From Candidatus Magasanikiibacteriota bacterium (GTDB taxonomy: Bacteria > Patescibacteriota > Patescibacteriia > Magasanikbacterales > UBA922): DNA of 64,000 bases. The stretch is taken from contig JBAYVA010000001.1 in the NCBI GenBank assembly GCA_041674805.1, forward strand, positions 390,612 through 454,611, written 5' to 3'. The notes under the pieces were generated by a model. It did no database searches. It was not told the DNA's origin and saw only the letters and a program-made list of their open reading frames with translations. Below are positions 16,915-24,975 of the stretch, piece after piece (position 1 is the stretch's first letter; every line of letters starts with the position of its first letter). The position numbers and the translations under genes are program-made.

Positions 16915-17079
16915 TACTTACCTTCATCCACAATTTCAGCCAAAACATTTTCACCTTCCATATCAGTAATCATCAAAGTTATACCACACATATCACACTC
17001 TACAATGTTTTCTACTTCCAAATTTGGATAATTTACCAAATCAACTTCATTTTTACATTCTGGACAAACTAATTTCATA
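16915..17079 (-). CDS. LysW-like small zinc-ribbon protein (54 aa), not in the ORF track (below the 60-aa cutoff)
   Basis: Manual translation: MKLVCPECKNEVDLVNYPNLEVENIVECDMCGITLMITDMEGENVLAEIVDEGK. It has two CxxC pairs and an acidic C-terminal tail, and aligns with LysW/ArgW (MxxCPECGAEIELENPELGELVECxECGAELEV...L.LEPAPE.EEDWGE). It has its own terminator and replaces the implausible plus-strand track ORF 16846-17031. Confidence 0.5.
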
Positions 17080-17170
17080 TTTATTTAATTATTTGATTTA
17101 AAATTAGACATAAGATAGAATACTACATATAGTTCAAAAAATCAAGTTTTACACTTTTAAATTAAATCAC

Positions 17171-17210
17171 AGGTCACATCCGTAAATCTGGATTATCCGG
17201 ATATCCGAAT
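17171..17210. repeat. TCCGTANNN 9-nt-phased array element (copy A), includes the perfect palindrome CGGATATCCG
   Basis: aggtcacATCCGTAAATCTGGATTATCCGGATATCCGaat. Near-identical to 46909-46946; degenerate copies at 18135-18172 and 24249-24299. Confidence 0.6.
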
Positions 17211-17215
17211 TTTTT

Positions 17216-18115
17216 ATGAAAACCCCCCAACCAACATTCACCGAGCTAAACAAAACACTCGGTATCGACGTCTACCTCAAACGTGAAGACGAACACAAGT
17301 ATTCTTCACACAAAGGTCGTTCTATTCCACTCATGGTCAAAAAGTATAACAAAGAAGAAGACATCACAAACTTTGTAATTTCTTCTTCCGGCAATGCAGC
17401 CATCGCCGCTATACACACTATCCAAGCTCACAACAAAAATAATGATAAAAATTTAACATTAAAAATTTTTGTTGGCAAAAATATTGATAAACAAAAATTG
17501 AAAGTTTTGCAAGCAATTATCGAAGACAAAAATATTTCTCTTGAGCAAGTAGAAAGACCAAAACAAACAGCTTTTGCTCTCGACAAAGAAAATAAAGCCA
17601 AAAATTTACGACAATCCACCGATGATAATGCCCTTACAGGTTACTATGAACTAGCCGAGGAATTAAACAATATCCCAAACTTGCAAGCAATACTTGTACC
17701 AACATCTTCTGGCACTACAGCCCAAGGACTTGGTATGGCTTTTGACACAATACCCGCTTCCAAATTTGGTGGTCAACAACATCCCCAAATTCATATTGTA
17801 CAAACAACTAGTTGTCACCCGATTGCTGAAGAATTTGATAAAAAGTTTGAAAACACAGAGACATCCCTAGCAAGTGCTATCGTCGACAACATTGCTCACC
17901 GCAAAGAAAAAGTCATAGAACAAATAAAAAAATCCAGCGGATCTGGCTGGATAGTGACTGACGAAGATTTGAAAAATGTAGTGAATATGCTAGAAGAAAA
18001 CTGCAAAATAAAAATTTCTTATAATTCTGCTTTGTCAGTTGCCGGGCTTATCAAAGCAATGAATAACGGCTGGAAATTTGAGGGAGCGGTGGTGTGTTTG
18101 ATTACAGGAATGTAA
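17216..18115 (+). CDS. PLP-dependent enzyme, tryptophan-synthase-beta (fold type II) superfamily; ACC deaminase / D-cysteine desulfhydrase-like
   Basis: LKREDEHKYSSHKGRS (PLP-lysine region, cf. FGGNKTRKL), ISSSGNAAIAAI, glycine-rich PTSSGTTAQGLGMAF. Confidence 0.5.
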   Translation: MKTPQPTFTELNKTLGIDVYLKREDEHKYSSHKGRSIPLMVKKYNKEEDITNFVISSSGNAAIAAIHTIQAHNKNNDKNLTLKIFVGKNIDKQKLKVLQAIIEDKNISLEQVERPKQTAFALDKENKAKNLRQSTDDNALTGYYELAEELNNIPNLQAILVPTSSGTTAQGLGMAFDTIPASKFGGQQHPQIHIVQTTSCHPIAEEFDKKFENTETSLASAIVDNIAHRKEKVIEQIKKSSGSGWIVTDEDLKNVVNMLEENCKIKISYNSALSVAGLIKAMNNGWKFEGAVVCLITGM

Positions 18116-18174
18116 ACTAGAATAACACAAATATCTGTTCACATCTGAAAATCCTTATTATCTGTATATCAGTA

Positions 18175-18870
18175 TCATTTCCTCAAAATCGTCACCACAT
18201 TATTCCCCTTTTTTACATCACTCACTTTCCCTTTCTTAGAATAATAATTTTCTTCTACTTCAAAACCAGCTTCGCTGCAAATCTTATCTAAATACTCAGG
18301 AGTAAAACCATAATAATATCTCTCACCCAATACTTCACCTTGAGGATTCATCCAAGGTACAACGAATTCACCTTCACTCTCCTGCCACTTACCTTTTTCC
18401 ACAGTCTTTTGAGCTGAATCTGAATAAAGATTCCAATTAGTCAGAAGTACTCTACCAGCAGGCTTTAGAATTCTGAACATTTCAGACAAAGCCTGATGTC
18501 TAGTCTCTTCATCTGGCAAATGATGCAAAGTTGCAACACAAAAAACTAAATCAAAACTAGCATCATCAAATGGTAATTTGGTCATTTCTGCCTGAATATA
18601 TTTATTGTTCGGAAAGTCCTTCTTAGCCTCAGCTAATTGTCCCTCACTTTGGTCCAAACCTATGTAATCTATAGAGTCTTGAAATTTTGCGAAAATCTGA
18701 TATAATCTGCCAGTACCACAACCAAGATCTAAGATCTTCAAGTTTGGCTTGATATACTTTTCAAAAGGTCTCAAATCATCCCAAATATATTGTCTAGTAC
18801 TAGCAAAAAGAGGTGCAATAATATCATAAACTTCCCTATTTTGCTCAATTATTTTTTTTATTCGTGTCAT
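18175..18870 (-). CDS. Trm9/ALKBH8-type tRNA (mcm5U34) methyltransferase-like class I SAM methyltransferase
   Basis: EVYDIIAPLFASTRQYIW, ILDLGCGTGRL (motif I), ATLHHLPDEETRHQALSEMFRILKPAGRVLLTNWN, GEFVVPWM and RYYYGF align with Trm9 regions (VYNEIAPHFSQTRYKPW / DVGCGNGKY / AVVHHWSTRERR...GGQALIYCWA / QDVFVPWV / RYYHLY). Confidence 0.6.
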   Translation of the reverse strand: MTRIKKIIEQNREVYDIIAPLFASTRQYIWDDLRPFEKYIKPNLKILDLGCGTGRLYQIFAKFQDSIDYIGLDQSEGQLAEAKKDFPNNKYIQAEMTKLPFDDASFDLVFCVATLHHLPDEETRHQALSEMFRILKPAGRVLLTNWNLYSDSAQKTVEKGKWQESEGEFVVPWMNPQGEVLGERYYYGFTPEYLDKICSEAGFEVEENYYSKKGKVSDVKKGNNVVTILRK

Positions 18871-18880
18871 ATTTTTTAAA

Positions 18881-20566
18881 ATGGAAAAAACTTTAGAAGA
18901 AATTTTATTAGAAATAATATCTTACCATCCCAAAACTAAGGATGATTTTAATGATGCTCGCCGTCGAATTTGTGGTAAATTGAAAACAGTCCAACCTTCC
19001 AACATGAAGCTTTTTACAGCTTACCAGAATTTGTTAAAAAAGAAAAGTATTACCATTGACAAAAACTTAGAATTACTTCTACGCAAAGCCGATATTCGCT
19101 CAATGTCTGGTGTTGCTATTATCACTTCTCTCATCAAACCTTACACTTGCCCTGGACAATGTATCTACTGCCCGACTGAAGTAAAAATGCCAAAAAGTTA
19201 CATTGCTACTGAACCAGCGGCTGCCCGTGCGCTTGCTCTAGCTTTTAGTCCTTACAGACAAATGCAAATGCGCCTAGACATGCTCGAAAAAACTGGTCAT
19301 CCAACTGACAAAATAGAATATATTTTGAAAGGCGGAACTTGGAATGCTTATCCTCTTCGTTACCAATATTGGTTTATTTTAGAATCTTTCAAAGCTTGCA
19401 ATGATCTGACAAGGAAAACACCAACCAAAGCTACGTTGGAAAAAGACTGGAAAGAAAAAACTCTGGAAGATTTACAAAATGCTTTGAAAATTGAACAAGA
19501 GTACAATGACAAAAAAGCTAAACACAAAATCATTGGCCTGACTCTCGAAACTCGTCCCGACGCTATTTCCCCAAAAACAATTTGGCATATGCGAGAACAA
19601 GGTTGTACTCGTATTGAACTTGGTCTCCAAGCTCCAGATGACAAAATTCTTGAACTAGTAAAACGTGGCCACACTGTCGAACAATTTCGCCAAGCTATTT
19701 TACTTTTGCGCCAAGCTGGTTTCAAAGTAGATTTGCATTTCATGCCAGATTTGCCAGGTACGACCGCCAAACACGATGTGGAGATGTACGCCAGTTTGTT
19801 TACTGACGAAGGTCTAAAACCTGACATGGTGAAAATTTATCCGTGTACTGTTATCAAAAGTGCCGAGCTATATGGCTGGTTTGAATCTGGTAAATACAAA
19901 CCTTATGCTAGCCAAGATTTGTTCAACGCTATACTTGAAATGAAAAAGTTAACTCCTTATTACTGCCGTATTTCTCGTCTTATTCGTGACATTCCTAGCA
20001 ACGAAATCGAAGGTGGAAATGCTATTACCAATCTTCGTGAAGCTCTAGAAAAAGAATTACACAAGCAAGGTGACTATTGCAAATGTTTACGTTGTCGCGA
20101 AGTCGGACATTCCGAAAAAATTCACAAAATAAAAGCAGACAAATTAATACCCCAACTTTTTGTCGAAGAATTTCAAACTCGTGGTGGACGAGAATTTTTC
20201 TTGAGTTTGGAAGATGAAGAACGTCGTATAGTCTTTGCTTTCTTGCGTCTTCGTCTACCAGAATATAATGACCAAATAAAAAAATCTGAAATACTTGAAA
20301 AATACCTTGGCCTTGGTGATTTGAAAAAATTAGCTTACGTCCGCGAACTTCATACTTACGGACAACTCGTCAACGTCGGTGACAAAAACAAGTCAGCCTC
20401 ACAACACAAAGGAATGGGAACAAAACTAGTCAAAGAAGCTGACAAAATTGCTAGAGAAAATGGTTACACAAAAATTGCTGTAATTTCTGGTGTTGGTGTA
20501 CGATCTTATTATCGAAAATTTGGCTATAAAAAAATTGGCACATATATGGCCAAAAATCTAAAATAG
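18881..20566 (+). CDS. Elp3-type radical-SAM + GNAT tRNA uridine(34) carboxymethyl/acetyl-transferase homologue
   Basis: 561 aa; radical-SAM cluster CPGQCIYCP, and a C-terminal GNAT domain HKGMGTKLVKEADKIARENGYTKIAVISGVGVRSYYRKFGYKKIGTYMAK that closely matches the Elp3 C-terminus (QHQG.G..L.EEAERIA....KIAVISGVGTR.YYRK.GY...GPYM.K). Confidence 0.8.
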   Translation: MEKTLEEILLEIISYHPKTKDDFNDARRRICGKLKTVQPSNMKLFTAYQNLLKKKSITIDKNLELLLRKADIRSMSGVAIITSLIKPYTCPGQCIYCPTEVKMPKSYIATEPAAARALALAFSPYRQMQMRLDMLEKTGHPTDKIEYILKGGTWNAYPLRYQYWFILESFKACNDLTRKTPTKATLEKDWKEKTLEDLQNALKIEQEYNDKKAKHKIIGLTLETRPDAISPKTIWHMREQGCTRIELGLQAPDDKILELVKRGHTVEQFRQAILLLRQAGFKVDLHFMPDLPGTTAKHDVEMYASLFTDEGLKPDMVKIYPCTVIKSAELYGWFESGKYKPYASQDLFNAILEMKKLTPYYCRISRLIRDIPSNEIEGGNAITNLREALEKELHKQGDYCKCLRCREVGHSEKIHKIKADKLIPQLFVEEFQTRGGREFFLSLEDEERRIVFAFLRLRLPEYNDQIKKSEILEKYLGLGDLKKLAYVRELHTYGQLVNVGDKNKSASQHKGMGTKLVKEADKIARENGYTKIAVISGVGVRSYYRKFGYKKIGTYMAKNLK

Positions 20567-20610
20567 TCTATTACAAAGTTCACGGGGGCTGTCATATCGA
20601 GCATCCCCCG

Positions 20611-20790
20611 TTAGTTCTCCTCGTCCTTCTCGTACAGGCTACATTCCTGTATCCTGCGTCGAATGTACACCTCCATCAACTTGCGGTATTCCCGCCGTTG
20701 TTTTTTGAAGTGCTCAGACGATTTGAATGAACCATTTTGCGTACTGAAATTCAATAGCTTAATCAACAATTGCCTCGTTCTCCTGTTCAT
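20611..20790 (-). CDS. putative small basic protein (59 aa from the third Met; 77 aa from the first) inside a GC-rich island; it may instead be a non-coding or mobile remnant
   Basis: Track ORF MHFCGLMEASTADQGGKAMNRRTRQLLIK...RREYRKLMEVYIRRRIQECSLYEKDEEN. Only the third ATG has an SD-like AAGGGGGTAAGG upstream. GC is about 50% by my count over 20601-20700 versus about 30% in flanks. Confidence 0.25.
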   Translation of the reverse strand: MNRRTRQLLIKLLNFSTQNGSFKSSEHFKKQRREYRKLMEVYIRRRIQECSLYEKDEEN

Positions 20791-20895
20791 AGCCTTACCC
20801 CCTTGGTCGGCTGTGCTTGCTTCCATTAGACCACAAAAATGCAAATCTGTAAAATATTTGCTTCACATTTTAAAAAATGATAAAATTAAACTAAT

Positions 20896-20942
20896 AAAAA
20901 GCCTTTCTAGCATTTCAAGCTTTTTAGGCCTTTCTAGCTTTT
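20896..20942. repeat. GCCTTTNNN 9-nt-phased tandem array (single arm)
   Basis: aaaagcctt/tctagcatt/tcaagcttt/ttaggcctt/tctagcttt; same family as 16215-16257 and 54988-55027. Confidence 0.65.
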
Positions 20943-20948
20943 AACCAT

Positions 20949-21359
20949 ATGATTTTACCTCCAAACTCAATCATTGCCTCTGGCCCTGTCATCATCGAAG
21001 ATGGCAAAGTTTTACTCAACAAAGAAATCAAAGAATCTGGTATTACACCTTGGTTTTTCCCAGGTGGTGAAGTGGAAAGCTTTGATATCAATCTCGAAGA
21101 AGCCTGCAAACGTGAAGCCAAAGAAGAAGTTGGTATTGATGTAGAAATAATAAAACCACTAGACACTTTGCTACACAAAAAATCTGATGGCAGTTTAGTA
21201 ATACTTGTTCATTATTTAGCTAACAGAATTGGTGAAATTAAGAAAGGTGAAAATATTTCCGAAGTTGCCTGGCATGATATAAATAATTTGCCTGATGATT
21301 GTGCTCCTAATGTTAAAATGATAATCTCAAAATATATTGAACGAGGTGTTAGAGAATAA
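20949..21359 (+). CDS. NUDIX hydrolase
   Basis: Nudix box GGEVESFDINLEEACKREAKEEVG. Confidence 0.75.
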   Translation: MILPPNSIIASGPVIIEDGKVLLNKEIKESGITPWFFPGGEVESFDINLEEACKREAKEEVGIDVEIIKPLDTLLHKKSDGSLVILVHYLANRIGEIKKGENISEVAWHDINNLPDDCAPNVKMIISKYIERGVRE

Positions 21360-21388
21360 CACAAATAAACCACAAATAGACACAAATT
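21358..21388. repeat. CACAAAT direct-repeat array (3 units, 10-11-nt phasing), forward orientation
   Basis: aaCACAAATaaacCACAAATagaCACAAATt immediately 5' of the GxxExxY gene; inverted partner at 21785-21815. Confidence 0.65.
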
Positions 21389-21766
21389 ATGGAGGGAGAT
21401 AATAATGTTTATAAAGAACTATCTTATGTTGTAAATGGTATATTCTTTCAAGTTCAAAATGAACTTGGTACTAATTTTCAAGAAAAGCACTACGTAAGAG
21501 CTGTTGCAACTTTGCTTATAAAAAAAGGAATACCTTTTGAATTAGAATATCCTTTCAAAGTAACTTACAATGGTCAATTCTTAGGGAAATTTCAAGCCGA
21601 CATGCTAATAGATAAAAAAATAATTGTTGAATTTAAAACAGTACCATTTTTGAATAATAATCACAGACAACAATTGTTGAGATATGTAAAATCTCTAAAC
21701 GTAAAACTTGGTTTATTAGTAAATTTCAGAGAATACCCTCTTAAAATAATAAGAATCGCAAATTAA
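21389..21766 (+). CDS. GxxExxY-family protein (PD-(D/E)XK nuclease superfamily)
   Basis: 125 aa; YKELSYVVNGIFFQVQNELG..., D..IDKKIIVEFK (putative D...E.K core), ...LLRYVKSLNVKLGLLVNF. Flanked by inverted CACAAAT arrays. Confidence 0.6.
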   Translation: MEGDNNVYKELSYVVNGIFFQVQNELGTNFQEKHYVRAVATLLIKKGIPFELEYPFKVTYNGQFLGKFQADMLIDKKIIVEFKTVPFLNNNHRQQLLRYVKSLNVKLGLLVNFREYPLKIIRIAN

Positions 21767-21784
21767 AATATAAAATTAACTAGA

Positions 21785-21815
21785 AACATTTGTGTATATT
21801 TGTGCACATTTGTAC
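21785..21815. repeat. ATTTGTG array (reverse orientation of the CACAAAT family) between the GxxExxY gene and glyA
   Basis: aacATTTGTGtatATTTGTGcacATTTGTac. Confidence 0.65.
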
Positions 21816-21829
21816 TATCCTATAACTCT

Positions 21830-23083
21830 ATGAACAAACAATCCCTACAAAACTTTGACCCACAAATTCACCAAGCAATAAAAAATGAATTACGCCGTCA
21901 AGAAGAAGGCCTAGAAATGATCCCTTCAGAAAACTTCGTCTCCCCTGCAGTACTTGAAGCACTAGGCTCTGTCACAACCAACAAATACTCCGAAGGCTAC
22001 CCAGGCAAAAGATATTATGGTGGCTGTGAAAATATTGATATTATTGAACAACTAGCCATTGACCGAGCCAAACAATTGTTTGGGGCAGAGCATGTCAATG
22101 TCCAACCTTTGTCAGGTGCACCAGCTAATATCGCCGTCTATTTTGCATTACTCAATCCTGGCGATACTATTCTTGGCATGGACTTATCTCATGGTGGACA
22201 TCTTACTCACGGACACCCTGTCACTCACATGACCAAAGTTTTCAACTTTATCCGTTACAAAACAAATGCTGAAGGAAAAATTGATTTAGAAAATTTGCGT
22301 CAAATGGCAATAGAACACAAACCAAAATTAATTCTTGTTGGCTATAGTGCCTATTCACGTGAAATTGAATATGAAAAAATAAAAGCTATTGCGGACGAAG
22401 TCGGAGCGATGACCATGGCCGATATTGCACATATCGCTGGATTAATCGCTGGCGGACAGATGAACAATCCTGTACCAATTTTTGACGTCGTGACAACTAC
22501 AACACACAAAACTTTGCGTGGACCTCGTGGTGGTATGATTATGTGTAAAGAAAAATTTGGGAAACTTATTGATAAATCTGTTTTCCCAGGTTTTCAAGGT
22601 GGACCTCACGAAAATAATATTGCTGGCAAAGCTATCGCTTTCAAAGAAGCTCTTGAACCAGAATTCAAAGAATACGCTATCCAAATAAAAAAGAATGCTA
22701 AAGTCCTTGAACACCAATTTGACTCAATGGGATATAAACTAATGTTTGGTGGTACAGATAATCACCTACTTCTTATTGACGTCACTCCAAAAGGCGTGAC
22801 TGGCGCACAAGCTGAAAAAGCTTTGGACAAAGCCGGTATTACCGTCAACAAAAATATGATCCCCGATGATCCTCGTAGTCCGATGGATCCAAGTGGAATT
22901 AGACTTGGTACTCCTGCTCTGACTACTCGCGGTTTCAAAGAAGCTGAAATGGAAATTGTAGCTGGTATGATTGATAGAGCCATTACTAATTTTGAAAATG
23001 ATGCTGAATTAGAAAAAATTAGACAGGAAGTAAAAGAATTGACTTCACACTTTCCGTTGTATCCTGAGTTAAAACAAAACTAG
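21830..23083 (+). CDS. glyA: serine hydroxymethyltransferase GlyA
   Basis: [36 protein letters not shown]..., PLP site [14 protein letters not shown]. Start set at the internal ATG 21830, as the track's 21800 start adds a non-conserved hydrophobic extension. Confidence 0.9.
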   Translation: MNKQSLQNFDPQIHQAIKNELRRQEEGLEMIPSENFVSPAVLEALGSVTTNKYSEGYPGKRYYGGCENIDIIEQLAIDRAKQLFGAEHVNVQPLSGAPANIAVYFALLNPGDTILGMDLSHGGHLTHGHPVTHMTKVFNFIRYKTNAEGKIDLENLRQMAIEHKPKLILVGYSAYSREIEYEKIKAIADEVGAMTMADIAHIAGLIAGGQMNNPVPIFDVVTTTTHKTLRGPRGGMIMCKEKFGKLIDKSVFPGFQGGPHENNIAGKAIAFKEALEPEFKEYAIQIKKNAKVLEHQFDSMGYKLMFGGTDNHLLLIDVTPKGVTGAQAEKALDKAGITVNKNMIPDDPRSPMDPSGIRLGTPALTTRGFKEAEMEIVAGMIDRAITNFENDAELEKIRQEVKELTSHFPLYPELKQN

Positions 23084-23091
23084 TCAAAAAA

Positions 23092-23170
23092 ATATTTGTG
23101 TATATTTGTGAACATTTGTGATATAAAAACGTGAATAACACAAATAAATCACAAATATACACAAATTTTT
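23092..23170. repeat. palindromic pair of CACAAAT-family arrays (ATTTGTG x3 - spacer - CACAAAT x3) between glyA and tsaE
   Basis: atATTTGTGtatATTTGTGaacATTTGTGatat aaaaacgtgaat aaCACAAATaaatCACAAATataCACAAATtttt. Confidence 0.65.
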
Positions 23171-23182
23171 CGCAAACAAAAT

Positions 23183-23629
23183 ATGATTTATACAACAAAA
23201 ACAACCGAAGAAATGATCGCTCTTGGTGAAAAAATAGCTTCCAAACTAAATGGTGGTGATATTATTTTACTCCAAGGTGAACTGGGAGCTGGTAAAACTA
23301 CGATGTCAAAAGGTATTGCCAAAGGACTTAGCATCACTGACGAAATTGTCAGTCCAACTTTTACACTGATGAATGTTTATAATGTAGTCGAAAGTCAAAA
23401 GTCTAATGTCAAAAGTCTAGTACACATTGATACTTACAGACTAGAAAGTGAAGAAAATTTAATTGAGATAGGCGTTGAAGATTATTTAGGAGAACCTGAT
23501 GTAGTTACCATTATTGAATGGCCAGAAAAAATAAAAGACTTGATTAGTAATAAAAAAACAATAGAAATTTCTATTGTTAAGCAAGATGATAATAGTCGAG
23601 AGATTACGATTGTTCCTGAGATTTTTTAA
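23183..23629 (+). CDS. tsaE: tRNA t6A37 biosynthesis protein TsaE (YjeE)
   Basis: P-loop IILLQGELGAGKTTMSKGIAKGL; VSPTFTLMNVY; about 150 aa. Confidence 0.8.
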   Translation: MIYTTKTTEEMIALGEKIASKLNGGDIILLQGELGAGKTTMSKGIAKGLSITDEIVSPTFTLMNVYNVVESQKSNVKSLVHIDTYRLESEENLIEIGVEDYLGEPDVVTIIEWPEKIKDLISNKKTIEISIVKQDDNSREITIVPEIF

Positions 23630-24176
23630 CTTCCCAAAGTTTCTTATCTCTTAGAGAATAAGAACAACCACAATAATCTTGTCTATAAATATTCATATCA
23701 CAAACAAGCTGATTACTGCGTTCTTGTCTCCCCTTTTTCTTCCAATCTTCAACAAAATATTCTACTCCATATTTTTCTTGTAAAGACAAACCAATCGGAC
23801 TAATCACGTCCGATTTTTTGTTGCGACCAAAAGTGAGACTACTAGACCAGATATCAAAATTATTTTCCTTAGCATATTTTGCAGCTACATCCATTCGCAT
23901 ACGAAAGCAAAGAGGACAACGCTTTCCTGACTCTGGTTCATTTTCCAGTCCTTTGGTAATATCAAACCAACGCTCTGCATCATAATCAGCATCTATCATC
24001 TCGATTCCCCACTCGGTACAAACTTTTATTACTTGTTCTTTACGTTTCAAATATTCTGTTTGTGGGTGAATATTTGGATTATAAAAAAAGACAGTCACAG
24101 CAAACTGTGATTTCAATTCTTCAATAACAGCGATGCTACATGGAGCACAACAAGTATGTAACAAGAATTTTCGCAT
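23604..24176 (-). CDS. queH: epoxyqueuosine reductase QueH (DUF208)
   Basis: LLHTCCAPCS signature plus downstream CPLC and C..C cysteines. Confidence 0.8.
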   Translation of the reverse strand: MRKFLLHTCCAPCSIAVIEELKSQFAVTVFFYNPNIHPQTEYLKRKEQVIKVCTEWGIEMIDADYDAERWFDITKGLENEPESGKRCPLCFRMRMDVAAKYAKENNFDIWSSSLTFGRNKKSDVISPIGLSLQEKYGVEYFVEDWKKKGRQERSNQLVCDMNIYRQDYCGCSYSLRDKKLWEVKKSQEQS

Positions 24177-24248
24177 AAAAAATTTTATTTAAAAAAGATA
24201 CAAGAAACAAGTAACAAACAAATTTAAAATTACAAATTCCAAATCAAC

Positions 24249-24299
24249 TTATCCGTAAATCTGTATTCCACCCAAGGCGGACAAGTATCCGTAATATGT
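24249..24299. repeat. TCCGTANNN array element (copy D), interrupted by a 17-18-nt GC-rich insert CCACCCAAGGCGGACAAG
   Basis: cttATCCGTAAATCTGTATTccacccaaggcggacaagTATCCGTAATATg. Confidence 0.5.
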
Positions 24300-24305
24300 A
24301 TGTTT

Positions 24306-24926
24306 TTATTTCTTAAAATAATCTAAAACATTTTTATAAACATCTTCCCAAGTCAAACAAGAAACAACATTAGCATTTGATTTTATTTCTACATGATCAT
24401 ACAAAAATAGAACACCTTTATACTCTTCACCTAAAGCTTCTGCTAATTTTGGATTATCATCTATAATACCCAAAACTTGAGGGTACATATCTTTTAAGAT
24501 ATTAGCTTTCCATTCATTACCACCCAAAGTTTCGTCATTAGGTTTACAAATTAATTCAGCTTTTGGAAAATTATGTTTATCAAGCCAGTATTTAGTACCT
24601 TCAGCGACAATTTCTGGTCTAGCTGTAATATAAGCAACCACTGGGATTAATTCATTTATTTTTTGTAATAAATGATTGGAATTTTCTATTAAGAGTAATT
24701 CTTTTTGCAATTCATTATCTTTTAATTTTCCATCCAACCAGTTAGATATTTCTTCTGTTTGCCAATATGGAACTTGATGTGTATATCGATATTTTTTCTT
24801 TATTTCTTCTGAAGACAAATTTTCAGGATTAGCTAATTTAGTTATTTCTTCAAACCAATACTTTGTAGTATCAGATAATGTTTCATCAATATCAACAGCA
24901 ATACCTTGTTTTGTTAATTTAAGCAT
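24306..24926 (-). CDS. HAD-superfamily hydrolase (5'(3')-nucleotidase-like)
   Basis: Motif I IAVDIDETLSDT (DxDxT); ...IIDDNP. Confidence 0.55.
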   Translation of the reverse strand: MLKLTKQGIAVDIDETLSDTTKYWFEEITKLANPENLSSEEIKKKYRYTHQVPYWQTEEISNWLDGKLKDNELQKELLLIENSNHLLQKINELIPVVAYITARPEIVAEGTKYWLDKHNFPKAELICKPNDETLGGNEWKANILKDMYPQVLGIIDDNPKLAEALGEEYKGVLFLYDHVEIKSNANVVSCLTWEDVYKNVLDYFKK

Positions 24927-24975
24927 AAAATATTATTTTAAAAATAAATTTAGTATTATTCGTAAAATTGGTATA

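Noticed and set aside
16846-17031. 61-aa plus-strand track ORF
   Set aside because: It has no start context and a low-complexity product. The opposite strand encodes a well-formed LysW-like zinc ribbon with a terminator.
20578-20850. tmRNA / SRP RNA / RNase P RNA / tRNA in the GC-rich island
   Set aside because: None of these is supported: there is no GGUUCGAxUCC-type T-loop plus CCA end, no RNase P P4 motifs (AGGAAAGUCCGGGC), only a weak partial resemblance to the SRP GGAAGCAGCC motif without the helix, and no cloverleaf. Left as an unassigned candidate.
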